A stretch of 64,000 bases of DNA from Candidatus Woesebacteria bacterium GW2011_GWB1_39_12. Its GTDB lineage: Bacteria; Patescibacteriota; Microgenomatia; UBA8517. Below the pieces are notes generated by a model. The model was not told where the DNA came from, searched no databases, and was given only the letters and a program-made list of their open reading frames with translations. The stretch covers positions 77,848-141,847 of the forward strand of contig LBWB01000009.1 in NCBI GenBank assembly GCA_000993405.1. Direction: 5' to 3'. The translations under genes were made by a program, and so were the position numbers. Positions 1 through 9,737 of the stretch are shown piece after piece; position 1 is the stretch's first letter, and each line of letters opens with the position of its first letter.

Positions 1-223
1 ATATATCGTATCACCAAATCTTTTACCGAAAACTCGCGGAGGAATCCCGAATCCGAATTCTTCGACCCAGACTCCTGCACGCTTTGCCGCAAAAAAGTGT
101 CCAAGTTCATGAACGAGAACCAGAATGGATAAAACTGCAATGAAGGCGATTATGGAAAAAAGCATACACTAGAGATTAGCACAAAAAACTACAAATTTCT
201 ATTTAGATAATTTGAAAATTAAA

Positions 224-778
224 TTATATCTGAAGTAGTTCTTCTTCTTTGGTTTTTCCTGTCTTGTCTATTTTCTCAATATGCTCATCAGTTACTTCCT
301 GCAAATGTTTCTCCTGACCAAACTTCTCGTCCTCGCTTAACTCTTTTTTCTCAAAACTCTCTTTAATATCGTGCATTGCATCTCCTCTAATCTGGCGAAT
401 CATTATCCGACCATTTTCAAGTTTTGTATGAAGAAGTCTTACGTAATTTTCTCTGTCCTCGGAAGTTAAGGGAGGAAGGCTTATCCTAATAAATTGTCCG
501 TCAATCGAAGGGTTCAGGCCAACATTTGCCGCTAGAATTCCCTGTCTTATCTCACCGACTATTGATTTATCCCAAGGTTCAATGACAAGACTCTGGGTAT
601 CAGGCGCAGAAATCGTAGCAAGCTCCTGGATCTTCAGTTTTTGCTGGCCGCCGTAAACTCCTACGACTAAATCTTCAACTAGTGCCGGGGTTGCCCTGCC
701 TGTGCGAATTGAAGCAATATCGGAAGTCACTAAATCTAATACCTGTTGCATCCGTCTTCTAATGTCATCTTCGTTCAT
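224..778 (-). CDS. frr: ribosome recycling factor
   Basis: 184-aa ORF with typical RRF sequence (…DGQFIRISLPPLTSEDRENYVRL…); conserved neighbourhood with tsf and rpsB. Confidence 0.9.
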   Translation of the reverse strand: MNEDDIRRRMQQVLDLVTSDIASIRTGRATPALVEDLVVGVYGGQQKLKIQELATISAPDTQSLVIEPWDKSIVGEIRQGILAANVGLNPSIDGQFIRISLPPLTSEDRENYVRLLHTKLENGRIMIRQIRGDAMHDIKESFEKKELSEDEKFGQEKHLQEVTDEHIEKIDKTGKTKEEELLQI

Positions 779-822
779 CTGGAGTATTTTACTTTTCTCC
801 CGCCAGCAATATAGCTAAAGCT

Positions 823-1287
823 TTAGCTTTTTGCAGGCTGACCTAATTCTACACGAAAAACTCGGCCTATGCGACTATTCTCACCCGTTTTGGCAATAAC
901 TTCCTTAATCAGATCTTCGACCTTCTTTGAAGGATCTTTTATAAAATCTTGTTTTTCAAAATCTTTATCTCCCATTGAAGCAACTTGCATTGCAAGATCT
1001 TTACCTAACTCTTGAAATAATTCGTTTCTTGCCACAAAATCCGTCTCGCAAAAAAGTTCTACCACACCAACAACTTTCTGGTTATGGTGAGTATATGTTG
1101 CTAATATTCCCGCAGTAGTGGCACGCCCTGCGCGCTTTTCAACTTTTTCAAAACCTTCTTTCTGCAAAAGCATTTCTGCCTTCTTCATATCCCCCTTTAG
1201 TTCCTCCAAAACCTGCTTCGCCCTCATTACAGGAGCTCCGGTTTTATCTCGCAACTCTCTTATTTGACTAGCAGACACCTTAATCAT
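823..1287 (-). CDS. tsf: elongation factor Ts (short form)
   Basis: 154-aa ORF; N-terminal EF-Ts motif …ASQIRELRDKTGAPVMRAKQVLEE…; lies immediately downstream of rpsB as in most bacteria. Confidence 0.9.
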   Translation of the reverse strand: MIKVSASQIRELRDKTGAPVMRAKQVLEELKGDMKKAEMLLQKEGFEKVEKRAGRATTAGILATYTHHNQKVVGVVELFCETDFVARNELFQELGKDLAMQVASMGDKDFEKQDFIKDPSKKVEDLIKEVIAKTGENSRIGRVFRVELGQPAKS

Positions 1288-1411
1288 GACTTTGGATAAT
1301 TATCCAGATTTTTAAAAACTCTAAATCCTAAATTCTAATATCAAATTTTCCAAACATATTTTGTTTTGAATTTTTAATTTTGAATATTGTGATTTATTTA
1401 GGATTTAGATA
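1288..1411. repeat. AT-rich dyad-symmetric intergenic element built from AAATCCTAAAT / TTTTGAATTTT words
   Basis: ctctaaatcctaaattctaatatc … atttaggatttagatattaggatttgg are imperfect inverted repeats; related elements lie at 16353-16458 and 17542-17700. Confidence 0.5.
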
Positions 1412-2109
1412 TTAGGATTTGGTTTTATTCTTACTCTCACTCTTACTCTTACCACCCTTCCCATCCATTATCACATCTCTCATTAACTCCAACACATATT
1501 CCAGCGCCCTTGTTGCATCATCATTCATTGGAATTGGATAGTCAACTAGGGTCGGATCACAATTTGAGTCAACTAACGCAACTGTCTCAACTCCTACCAT
1601 AGCTGCTTCACTAACGGCCGTTTTCTCGCGTCTAATATCAATAATAATCAATATATCGGGAATCTTGCTCATCCCGACTATGCCGCCAAAAAAATTGGAA
1701 AGTCTCTGAATTTCTCGATCAATCAGAAGTCTTTCTTTTTTGGTTCTGTCATTAAAATCTCCCCTCTCCATCCCGCTTTTTAACTCTTGCAGCTTTTTTA
1801 CGGACTTAAGGATTTGGTCAAAATTAGTCAAAGTACCCCCAAGCCAGCGTTCATTAACGTAAAAAGAACCGGCTTCTTCGGCAATCTCTGCCAATTTATC
1901 CTTAACTTGTTTTTTTGTTCCTACAAAAAGAATTGTCTTACCCTCTTTTGATCTTCCAATTTCTCTTTAGTTTTGGTCAAATCAAAGATATGAACCCCAT
2001 CTTTTTCCCCATAAATATAAGGGGCCATCTTAGGATTCCAGCGTTTTACCTGATGTCCAAAATGTGCTCCAGCTGAAACTAATTCTTTGAGTGATACTTT
2101 AGTTGTCAT
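1412..2109 (-). CDS. rpsB: 30S ribosomal protein S2, interrupted by an apparent single-base frameshift near 1943-1947
   Basis: The N-terminal fragment (1921..2109, …[18 protein letters not shown]…) and the C-terminal fragment (1412..1920, …[12 protein letters not shown]…WLGGTLTNF…) are both clearly S2. They lie in different frames. Reading through, one extra G in the GGG run restores [10 protein letters not shown]. Confidence 0.85.
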
Positions 2110-2219
2110 ATGTCTCCTTTTACCGCCACCGATCAGAAGTGCTCAGGAGACCTGATCGATGTGTGAACTTCTTGGTATGTTAGCAAACAAGGATTCGAAA
2201 AGCAAATATGATTCCCCGC

Positions 2220-3041
2220 TTAATTCTTTGCAGCTTCAACCAAATTTTCCAAAAGACATGAAATCGTAACTGGTCCGACGCCACCTGGAACGGGAGAAAC
2301 AAATGAAGCCTTTTCGTAAGCCCCTTTTTCAATATCACCATACGGTGCGCCAACGTCAATAACTACTGCGCCTTTTTTGATGTCATCTCTGCCGATAACT
2401 CCTGGTGAGCCGGTTACACTGATTAATATATCCGCCATTTTTGTCTTTTTCTTCAAATTTCCCGATTTACGATCTAATCCTTCAACTTCATATCCCATCT
2501 TTTTCAAATTTTGATAAATCTTTTTTCCCTCAAATCCCATCGCCCCAACAACTACTACTTTGCAGGGTCGTACCCTGTTTTTAATATAAGGTTTTCCTAT
2601 GCGAAGAATCTCCAAAACCGCTTTAACTGTTGGAGTCAAATGCAAACTGTCTTCACGAAGACCATCAACGTCTTTTTCTTTCGCGATTGTGTTAAGTATT
2701 TCATCTCTATCTCCTTTCGAAAAATTATCCGGTAGCGGCAACTGCACCATTATCCCGTGTACATTGTCATCATTGTTAAATTTTACAATTATTTTTTGGA
2801 TTTCCTTTTTACTTATACTTAGACTTAAACTTATCACTTCTACCTTCGCCCCTATTCTCTCTGCCACTTTTCTCTTGAGATTCACATACAGGGTACTTGC
2901 AGGATTATCCCCCACCAAAATCGATACCAACCTAGGAGTCACCCCCCCCAATCTCTTACGACCGAAGGTCGAATTCATCTCTTCTTTTAACTTATTCTCT
3001 TTTTCCCAAGCAAACGCTTTTCCGTCAAAAATATGTGTCAT
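2220..3041 (-). CDS. folD: bifunctional methylenetetrahydrofolate dehydrogenase/methenyl-THF cyclohydrolase
   Basis: 273-aa ORF; FolD family pattern (…ILVGDNPASTLYVNLK…, …VVVGAMGFEGK…, …GGVGPVT…). Confidence 0.9.
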   Translation of the reverse strand: MTHIFDGKAFAWEKENKLKEEMNSTFGRKRLGGVTPRLVSILVGDNPASTLYVNLKRKVAERIGAKVEVISLSLSISKKEIQKIIVKFNNDDNVHGIMVQLPLPDNFSKGDRDEILNTIAKEKDVDGLREDSLHLTPTVKAVLEILRIGKPYIKNRVRPCKVVVVGAMGFEGKKIYQNLKKMGYEVEGLDRKSGNLKKKTKMADILISVTGSPGVIGRDDIKKGAVVIDVGAPYGDIEKGAYEKASFVSPVPGGVGPVTISCLLENLVEAAKN

Positions 3042-3091
3042 ATTATTAAGAATTTTAATTCATTTGATAAAAGTAAACAATTATTGAAGCC

Positions 3092-3307
3092 TTAAATTTT
3101 ACTTACTGTTCTATTGCATCGTTCTTGTAGACTTTCAGGGTTCGATTGCGATTGTTCTCTAAACTCATCGTAATATCTTCTTCTTGTTTTATTGCTGATA
3201 AATCCTCCTCTATTTACCCACATCTTTAAAAGACACCTACCAGTTTCATAATTAGGACAGTTAATTCCGGCACACCAATCGGGTCTTTCGGAACCACCTT
3301 TTCCCAT
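3092..3307 (-). CDS. small Cys-containing hypothetical protein
   Basis: 71-aa ORF between folD and glyA on the same strand; no recognisable family; could be spurious. Confidence 0.3.
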   Translation of the reverse strand: MGKGGSERPDWCAGINCPNYETGRCLLKMWVNRGGFISNKTRRRYYDEFREQSQSNPESLQERCNRTVSKI

Positions 3308-3336
3308 AATAATTTCTATTCCTAAACAATCGGAAA

Positions 3337-4551
3337 TTAAGTATTTCTTGCATCTTTATTCTGTGGAAGTTTATACGCTTTAACATAGTCGATTACTTTT
3401 AAAATCCATTCAGCAATTTGCTCCATTTCCTTTTCCTTCATACCTCTTGCGGTTATTGCCGGCGTCCCCAGTCGAATCCCCGATGGATAAAAGGGTGGCA
3501 TCGGATCATTCGGAACCGAGTTTCTGTTAACAACAACTCCGGCTATCTCGAGTGCTTCTGCTACAACATTTCCGGAAAGTCCAAGCGGCATAAGGTTTAC
3601 TACTACTAAGTGGCTCTCAGTTCCGTCACCATAAAGGCTAAGGCCGCCCATTTTAAGAGCAACTCCTAAGGCTATAGCGTTTTTTACAACCTGTTTTCCA
3701 TATTTTTTGAATTCGGGCATTTCAGCTTTTTCAAGAGCAACAGCAATTCCTGCCGTTGTATTATTATGTGGCCCGCCTTGAAGACCAGGGAAAACTGCTC
3801 TATCAATTTTTGATGGCAACACCGGGTCCTTTTTTAAGCCTTTATTTGTCACCCAAATAATCGCTCCTCTTGGCCCGCGAAGAGTTTTATGAGTCGTTGA
3901 AGTAATAACGTGTGCATAATTAATTGGGGAAGGATAAGCACCTGCAACAATTAGACCAATAACATGAGAAATATCCGCAACCAACCAGGCACCTATCGAA
4001 TCAGCAATTTCTGAAAACTTTTTCCAATCAAAAGCCAAGGGATAAGCCGTAGTTCCTATAAGCATCAATTTTGGCTTCTCAACTTTTGCAAACTTGGCGA
4101 TTTTTGAATAGTTCAATCTCCCATCTTCATCAACGCCAAACTGTACAGACCTAAAGTATTTTCCAGAAAATGTAATGTCGGGGTGACCGTGAGTAAGATG
4201 CCCTCCAACTTTTAACTGCATCCCCATTACGGTTTCGCCAGGGTTGACTAAAGCAAAATAAACCGCTGAATTGGCAGGAGAACCGGAATATGGCTGAACA
4301 TTTGCATGAGGAGTTCCAAAAAGTTTTTTTGCCCTTTCAACTGCAAGCCTCTCAATGTCATCAACTATTTTGTTACCCTGGTAATATCGTGCACCCGAAT
4401 AGCCCTCTGAATATTTATGCATGAGGATTGATCCAACCGCTTCCCGAACCTCGGGATAGGTATAATTCTCCGACGGAATCATCATAAGCGTCTCCGCCTG
4501 CCTTTTTTCCTCTTTCTTAATTAATTCCAATATTTTATCCATGTATTTCAA
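3337..4551 (-). CDS. glyA: serine hydroxymethyltransferase
   Basis: 404-aa ORF; SHMT hallmarks (…LKVGGHLTHGHP…, PLP-lysine region …TTHKTLRGPRG…). Confidence 0.95.
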   Translation of the reverse strand: MKYMDKILELIKKEEKRQAETLMMIPSENYTYPEVREAVGSILMHKYSEGYSGARYYQGNKIVDDIERLAVERAKKLFGTPHANVQPYSGSPANSAVYFALVNPGETVMGMQLKVGGHLTHGHPDITFSGKYFRSVQFGVDEDGRLNYSKIAKFAKVEKPKLMLIGTTAYPLAFDWKKFSEIADSIGAWLVADISHVIGLIVAGAYPSPINYAHVITSTTHKTLRGPRGAIIWVTNKGLKKDPVLPSKIDRAVFPGLQGGPHNNTTAGIAVALEKAEMPEFKKYGKQVVKNAIALGVALKMGGLSLYGDGTESHLVVVNLMPLGLSGNVVAEALEIAGVVVNRNSVPNDPMPPFYPSGIRLGTPAITARGMKEKEMEQIAEWILKVIDYVKAYKLPQNKDARNT

Positions 4552-4576
4552 TATTTTACTCTACTTTGATTATAAA

Positions 4577-5494
4577 CTATATCCTCTCGGCTCGTCTTGA
4601 AGAAGCCTTGGAATCAAAGAAGAACTCGCGGGCAGGCCAATACTTTTCCCACCCCGGGGCAAGAGTGGACCAAGAATGTCTTACTCCTATCTCAAGCTCA
4701 TAATTTGCTCTGTTTAATATCTCTCCAATTGTACCCGTTTCTCCTTCTCTAAAAACTCTTCCCAGAACTTGCTCATTGAAATCAACAAAACGTCCACATC
4801 TTTCTCCATTTCCTCTAATACCCAGCCTTGGACCTACAGCTTCCAAAATTTGTCTACTTACACCTTCTGCTGACAAATTCTTCCTATCAATTACAACCCA
4901 ATCCTGCTCAAGCTGAATATAATGTTTTAGAATACCAGCTCTTGTATTATAGGCTGATCTATCTACTTCAAAAGAGTCGTCCTTTAAACCCCTATCTATA
5001 TCTCGTCGTGCCCGCGAGACATCTGCTTCTTTAGTACTAACATCCAAAAAGAATTTAAAGGTAGGAGTCCCTTCAAACAACGAAAAAAATTGCTTATCTA
5101 TTTCTTTTAAAAATCTAAACTCTTGACTAGCAGTAGTTTTGAATCTTTTCACCTCATCAAGTATCGACAGTGCATTACTGGAGGGCCACCTTTCTATAAC
5201 AAAAGACCATCCCATTACAATTCCACTTTCAATAAACTGGGAAATTTCACCACGGTTGACCGCGAAAAGTTCTTGCAACGATCTTCCCTTAGGAATAAGC
5301 GTATATCCGTCAGGCCTCAGGATTGATTCTAGAATTCGACCTGTCGGAGTTTCATAACAGGGAAGTTTTAAAGAACACACATCCATCCCTCTACTTACTA
5401 CTTCCTTAATCAGTAACTCTGCGGTTGTAGATTTGCCCGAGCCGCCCAGACCTTCCAAAACAATTGCAAGCTGCTGATTAGTCTTAGCTGACAT
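4577..5494 (-). CDS. thymidylate kinase-like P-loop kinase with ~90-aa C-terminal extension
   Basis: 305 aa; N-terminal AIVLEGLGGSGKSTTAELL resembles the dTMP kinase P-loop (IEGxxGxGKST); the C-terminal third is unrecognised. Confidence 0.6.
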   Translation of the reverse strand: MSAKTNQQLAIVLEGLGGSGKSTTAELLIKEVVSRGMDVCSLKLPCYETPTGRILESILRPDGYTLIPKGRSLQELFAVNRGEISQFIESGIVMGWSFVIERWPSSNALSILDEVKRFKTTASQEFRFLKEIDKQFFSLFEGTPTFKFFLDVSTKEADVSRARRDIDRGLKDDSFEVDRSAYNTRAGILKHYIQLEQDWVVIDRKNLSAEGVSRQILEAVGPRLGIRGNGERCGRFVDFNEQVLGRVFREGETGTIGEILNRANYELEIGVRHSWSTLAPGWEKYWPAREFFFDSKASSRRAERI

Positions 5495-5788
5495 CTCTGG
5501 CTAAAAATAGACTATTATTAGAAAAACCGCAAGAGTGCAAAATCAAGAAGTGTCAATTGGAATATAATTCTCTGACGGAATCATCATAAGGGTATCCCTC
5601 TGTCTCGTCCCCTCTTTCTTAATTAGCTCGAATATCTTATCTTCTTTTTTCATGGCTACTGATTAAAGCTTGGCCAAGCTGAGCTTGGTAAGCGTCTCTA
5701 TTTGTCTTTTCTCCTCCTTTTTAATTAATTCAAAGATCTTGTCCATGAGAGATAAAATTTGTTAAGTTAGATTAGCATTCTATTTTGT

Positions 5789-7504
5789 CTACATCAATGA
5801 CGGCAAAGGTTGTCTAACAAAATCTTCCGGTTGATTTACACAACTAATGTGTCCATTTTTGCAACATACTGGTTCATATTGCTCCTCACCCGCAACAAAG
5901 GTTTTGTCATCGTAATCAGCTATTTCCCCATACTGGTTATACCTTCGCGTTCCTTGTGCCTCGTTATCACAATACTTACAGGTAGTACCCAACTCTACCT
6001 CATGCCAATCTGGACGAACAGTTGCCTCTCTTATTAATTTATGAGCAAAATTAAATGGTTCTTCTTGGAATGTGTAGTCTATAAAATCGCAAACCACATG
6101 GAAACCCATCTGTCTTAACTCTTCAACTGAACTAACTGCCTCATCTGCGTCACTCTCATAAAACAACATTGTCTCATCAATAAATAAGTAAGTCTTTCTC
6201 GGATCAATATTATCAGACCCAATCCTTCTCTTCACATCCTCTAAAATCTCTGAAAGTTTATTACTCCATATCGTATTAGCCGGTATCTCCACACCGTCTC
6301 GATTTTTTAATTTAGTTTCATACTCGGGTCCGTATCTTAATGCTGCGGCAGGTTGAAAGGCTAAAATATTTTCATCTCCCACCATTTCGGAAATGTAAGT
6401 AAGCACACTTGTTTTCCCAGCAAACATACTTTTACTATGAGCAATAACTACTTGTGGTCCCATGTTTGGTGAAAAAATTCTACTTACTATATAATCAGCT
6501 ACTTCCTTTGGATCTTGCTTCAAATATTCTCCCAATATCTCAAGTTGATCTCTTATTGAAAACAAAGTTGCATACTTCAAATCTGGATTCCGATAAAATT
6601 CAGGAGGATCAACTACAATTGGCAAAACCTTTATACCTTCTTCTCTCAATGGTTCTATTGCTTCCCTCTCTACCCGAACCATCACCTCTAGATCCTCCAG
6701 TGTTATTTTTCTTTCCATGTCTCGAACTTTTGGATTCCCTTCTATCCTCTCCTGAAGTCCCTGATATAATCTCTCAACAGAAGTAGGAAGCATAAGGACC
6801 AATAAATCGGGTTTTGATATCAATGGTTTTAAAAGCTCAACTGTTTTTTTATAAACTTTATATTCTTCATCTGTAACTTGGCCTCCCTCCACCCTTGCTC
6901 TCATGAATATAAAATTATCCGACCAAACACTTGTGTCTCTCGCCCATCTCCCGTCATAAAGTTTTCCTCTTAACCCGGTAAAAATACTGTCTAAGCCAAA
7001 ACCTAGTTCTGTTCTTAACCAATAATCGTTGTCTGAATAAGCCAGGCTTAAAAAAGGATTCTCTGATGAATGAAAACGTTCGCTTTCCATTTTCGCTTTA
7101 ATTTCTGGCGAAACAAACTCTGTAAGAGTGGATTTACCAACTCCAACAACTCCTGCAGCTTCGAGTACGAATTCCTGTTTACCTTCCCCCATCATAATTT
7201 CACAAAACTCCGGGAAATTATCAAAAGGAGGCAAAGAATATTTTATAGAAAAAAGATTAAACGTCTTTTCGAATAACCCAATTTCATCCGGGGAAAATTG
7301 TGTATGAAAGTCTGTAAGCTGTCCTCTCACCAATTCTGTAAACTGTCTTTTCTGACCTTGATCTGCGTTTGAAAGAACCTCTTCTGACAAATTTAAAGTC
7401 TCGATAAAATTTGAAAATTCGCCCAAAAATACTTCTCTCGGAGCAAATTCTTTGGAAGCATAACCTTCTCTTTCAGGGGCAGCAGTTTTTCCCTGTGAAG
7501 TCAT
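5789..7504 (-). CDS. fusion protein: deoxynucleoside kinase-like domain (N) plus thymidine kinase TK1-type domain (C)
   Basis: 571 aa; N-terminal P-loop AAGVVGVGKSTLTEF is dNK/dCK-like. The C-terminal half has the TK P-loop VIAHSKSMFAGKTSV and a Cys4 zinc-ribbon lasso (…CKYC…CCKNGHISC…) typical of TK1. Confidence 0.7.
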   Translation of the reverse strand: MTSQGKTAAPEREGYASKEFAPREVFLGEFSNFIETLNLSEEVLSNADQGQKRQFTELVRGQLTDFHTQFSPDEIGLFEKTFNLFSIKYSLPPFDNFPEFCEIMMGEGKQEFVLEAAGVVGVGKSTLTEFVSPEIKAKMESERFHSSENPFLSLAYSDNDYWLRTELGFGLDSIFTGLRGKLYDGRWARDTSVWSDNFIFMRARVEGGQVTDEEYKVYKKTVELLKPLISKPDLLVLMLPTSVERLYQGLQERIEGNPKVRDMERKITLEDLEVMVRVEREAIEPLREEGIKVLPIVVDPPEFYRNPDLKYATLFSIRDQLEILGEYLKQDPKEVADYIVSRIFSPNMGPQVVIAHSKSMFAGKTSVLTYISEMVGDENILAFQPAAALRYGPEYETKLKNRDGVEIPANTIWSNKLSEILEDVKRRIGSDNIDPRKTYLFIDETMLFYESDADEAVSSVEELRQMGFHVVCDFIDYTFQEEPFNFAHKLIREATVRPDWHEVELGTTCKYCDNEAQGTRRYNQYGEIADYDDKTFVAGEEQYEPVCCKNGHISCVNQPEDFVRQPLPSLM

Positions 7505-7595
7505 TTTTCAATAATTAATAAACTCAAGAAATCTTACTTATCATAAATTATAAAATTAACTTGATTTATTCAATACACGCAGATAATATACAACC

Positions 7596-8432
7596 ATGAA
7601 AGAATACCTCGACCTAGTTGAAGATGTTATGACAAACGGAAAACCAAGGCAAGGACCAAAACCAGAAGGAACAATTGCTGTATTTGGAAGACAAGTAAGA
7701 TATAATTTAGCTGATGGTTTCCCCTTAATAACTACTCGCGACCTAAGTAAATCTTGGTTAAAAGTCATAGTTCCAGAACTTCTATGGATAATATCTGGTA
7801 GCACAAATGCAAACGACCTCCACAAGTATGGCAGTAATTTATGGGATAAATGGGCAAAGGCAGCCGAGGAAAAAGTCGGTTATCAAAATGGGGAGCTGGG
7901 TCCAATTTACGGCCATCAGCTTCGTAATTTTGGGGGACAAGTTGATCAACTTACACAAGTAATCGGAATGTTACAGCGAGAACCAGAAACACGCAGAGCA
8001 ATAATTAGTCTTTGGAACTTGAGTGATGTCGAGACCCCAGAAGGCAAACACACAGTAGATGTTGCGCCATGCATTGCAATGTTTCACTTTGCTCAAATGG
8101 GTGGAAAATTAGATCTTATAATGACCCAGCGAAGTGCAGATATCCCAATTGGTGTACCAAATGACGTTGCCGAGTGGGCGCTTTTTCAGATGTTAATTGC
8201 GAAAGAGGTTAATTTACCACCAGGAGAATTCATTCATAACCTAGATGACGCACACATCTATGTTGACCAAATCCCTGCTATGAAAGAGTTGCTTACAAGA
8301 GAACCCAAAGTGCGTCCAGATGTAACCATTGCAAACTCACTAACGGGAACTATTTATGACCATGTAGTGGAAGACTTTCAGCTACTCAATTACAACCCCC
8401 ATCCGCCAATTAAGATTCCCGTTGCTTTGTAG
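7596..8432 (+). CDS. thyA: thymidylate synthase
   Basis: 278 aa; ThyA family (…MKEYLDLV…, …PCIAMFHF…, …DAHIY…). Confidence 0.9.
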   Translation: MKEYLDLVEDVMTNGKPRQGPKPEGTIAVFGRQVRYNLADGFPLITTRDLSKSWLKVIVPELLWIISGSTNANDLHKYGSNLWDKWAKAAEEKVGYQNGELGPIYGHQLRNFGGQVDQLTQVIGMLQREPETRRAIISLWNLSDVETPEGKHTVDVAPCIAMFHFAQMGGKLDLIMTQRSADIPIGVPNDVAEWALFQMLIAKEVNLPPGEFIHNLDDAHIYVDQIPAMKELLTREPKVRPDVTIANSLTGTIYDHVVEDFQLLNYNPHPPIKIPVAL

Positions 8433-9252
8433 AGCTAACTCTTTTTAACTCAACTCCATTTTCTACCAAGAGTGGGACTGCCTCAGACAGTCCATATGAG
8501 TCTCTTTCAAAAATCACCGTTTTTATGCCCGCTCCTATTATTTCCATGGCACAGGGCCTACAAGGAAACTTAGTCGCATAAATAGTTGACCCTTCTAAAG
8601 AAATGCCATCTTTAGATGCATGGGATATTCCTACCCTTTCCGCATGCAAAGAATCACAAAATAACATCCTTTCACCAGGATTCAAATGTAATTCTCTGAA
8701 ATCTAATGGTATCTCTCTACAATTAGAGTTGTTAAAACTTGTAGATGCGCTTTCCAGTAAAACACCATCACCCCTAACAAAGACGCAGCCTGCAGGATCC
8801 AACCAGCAATTACTTGATTCGGCCGCCCTTCTAGCCTTCGCTATCATTTCCACATCAAATGGGTCGGTCGATTCATTAATTGGAACTCCTGTGTCAATTT
8901 CCTCTGCAATCGCTCTCTCTGGTTTACTCCATCTTACTTGCCCCTCTATTTTCACAAGAGCCCAGTTATTTCCCACCTCTTGGTTTGCGGATTCGTAGTC
9001 CAGAGGCATTACTCCTTTTAACCGTTCTGTTACTGAAGCCAAAATCTGGGCTTTTGCCCAGCCCCTAGTACCTTTTTGGTATTGATAATCTGGCATTACC
9101 AATATCGCATCAATACCTACTTCAGTAATCATTTCCTTAAATTCACGGAGATTAACACAGCTTATATTTCTTTCATCGCATACAAGTAACATCAGTCGAG
9201 CTTTTTCTGATACATTTAGACTCTCTGGTGATAAGACATCAAGCTCTCTCAT
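8410..9252 (-). CDS. dCMP deaminase domain protein with ~130-aa unknown N-terminal domain
   Basis: The C-terminal half has the cytidine/dCMP deaminase zinc motifs HAE…PCRPCA. The track ORF starts at 9357. An internal ATG at 9250-9252 shares the TG of the upstream HIT gene stop in an ATGA overlap, so I take 9252 as the start. It is convergent with thyA. Confidence 0.7.
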   Translation of the reverse strand: MRELDVLSPESLNVSEKARLMLLVCDERNISCVNLREFKEMITEVGIDAILVMPDYQYQKGTRGWAKAQILASVTERLKGVMPLDYESANQEVGNNWALVKIEGQVRWSKPERAIAEEIDTGVPINESTDPFDVEMIAKARRAAESSNCWLDPAGCVFVRGDGVLLESASTSFNNSNCREIPLDFRELHLNPGERMLFCDSLHAERVGISHASKDGISLEGSTIYATKFPCRPCAMEIIGAGIKTVIFERDSYGLSEAVPLLVENGVELKRVSSTKQRES

Positions 9253-9737
9253 TTTTCTAGTGCGCCTCTCAATCTCTCTGCTAAATCTAAAGGGGTAATA
9301 CTGATTTCCTGAAAATGCCAAGTATTTAATCCCTCGATATATGGCATTATATTCCAATGTAAGTGGCTTACGGTTTTTCCAGCTATAGGCCCTTGACGTA
9401 AAATAATCCAGTAATTTTCAATTTCAAGCTCTCTTTGAAGAAGCCCAATCCCAGTTTTAACTAACTCATGTCCAGCTAAAACATCTTCATTAGTTAAATC
9501 ATGATAGTTTTCAATATGTCTCTCGGGAAGTACTAACACTTGACCATCAATGTAGGGGAAAATATTTACAGTCAAAATCCACTGGTCTTGTTTGGTAACA
9601 ACGTACTTGTCTCTTAAGTCACAAAAAACACACTTGCCAACATTTTCAGCAATATTGTGATATTTCCCCTCTAATCTCGCGTTGAGCTGATTTTTAGTCC
9701 TAAATGGATCATCTCGATCTACCATAAAATTAGGCAC
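9249..9737 (-). CDS. HIT-family (histidine triad) nucleotide hydrolase/transferase
   Basis: 162 aa; histidine triad SHLHWNIMP near the C-terminus. Confidence 0.8.
   Translation of the reverse strand: MPNFMVDRDDPFRTKNQLNARLEGKYHNIAENVGKCVFCDLRDKYVVTKQDQWILTVNIFPYIDGQVLVLPERHIENYHDLTNEDVLAGHELVKTGIGLLQRELEIENYWIILRQGPIAGKTVSHLHWNIMPYIEGLNTWHFQEISITPLDLAERLRGALEK

Noticed and set aside
1412-2109. Treating the two rpsB fragments as separate genes
   Set aside because: Both are collinear parts of S2 separated only by a single-base frame change, so I annotated a single interrupted rpsB.
2511-3087. Plus-strand ORFs (74 and 162 aa) inside folD
   Set aside because: They are antisense to a well-supported folD gene and their sequences are low-complexity, so they are shadow ORFs.
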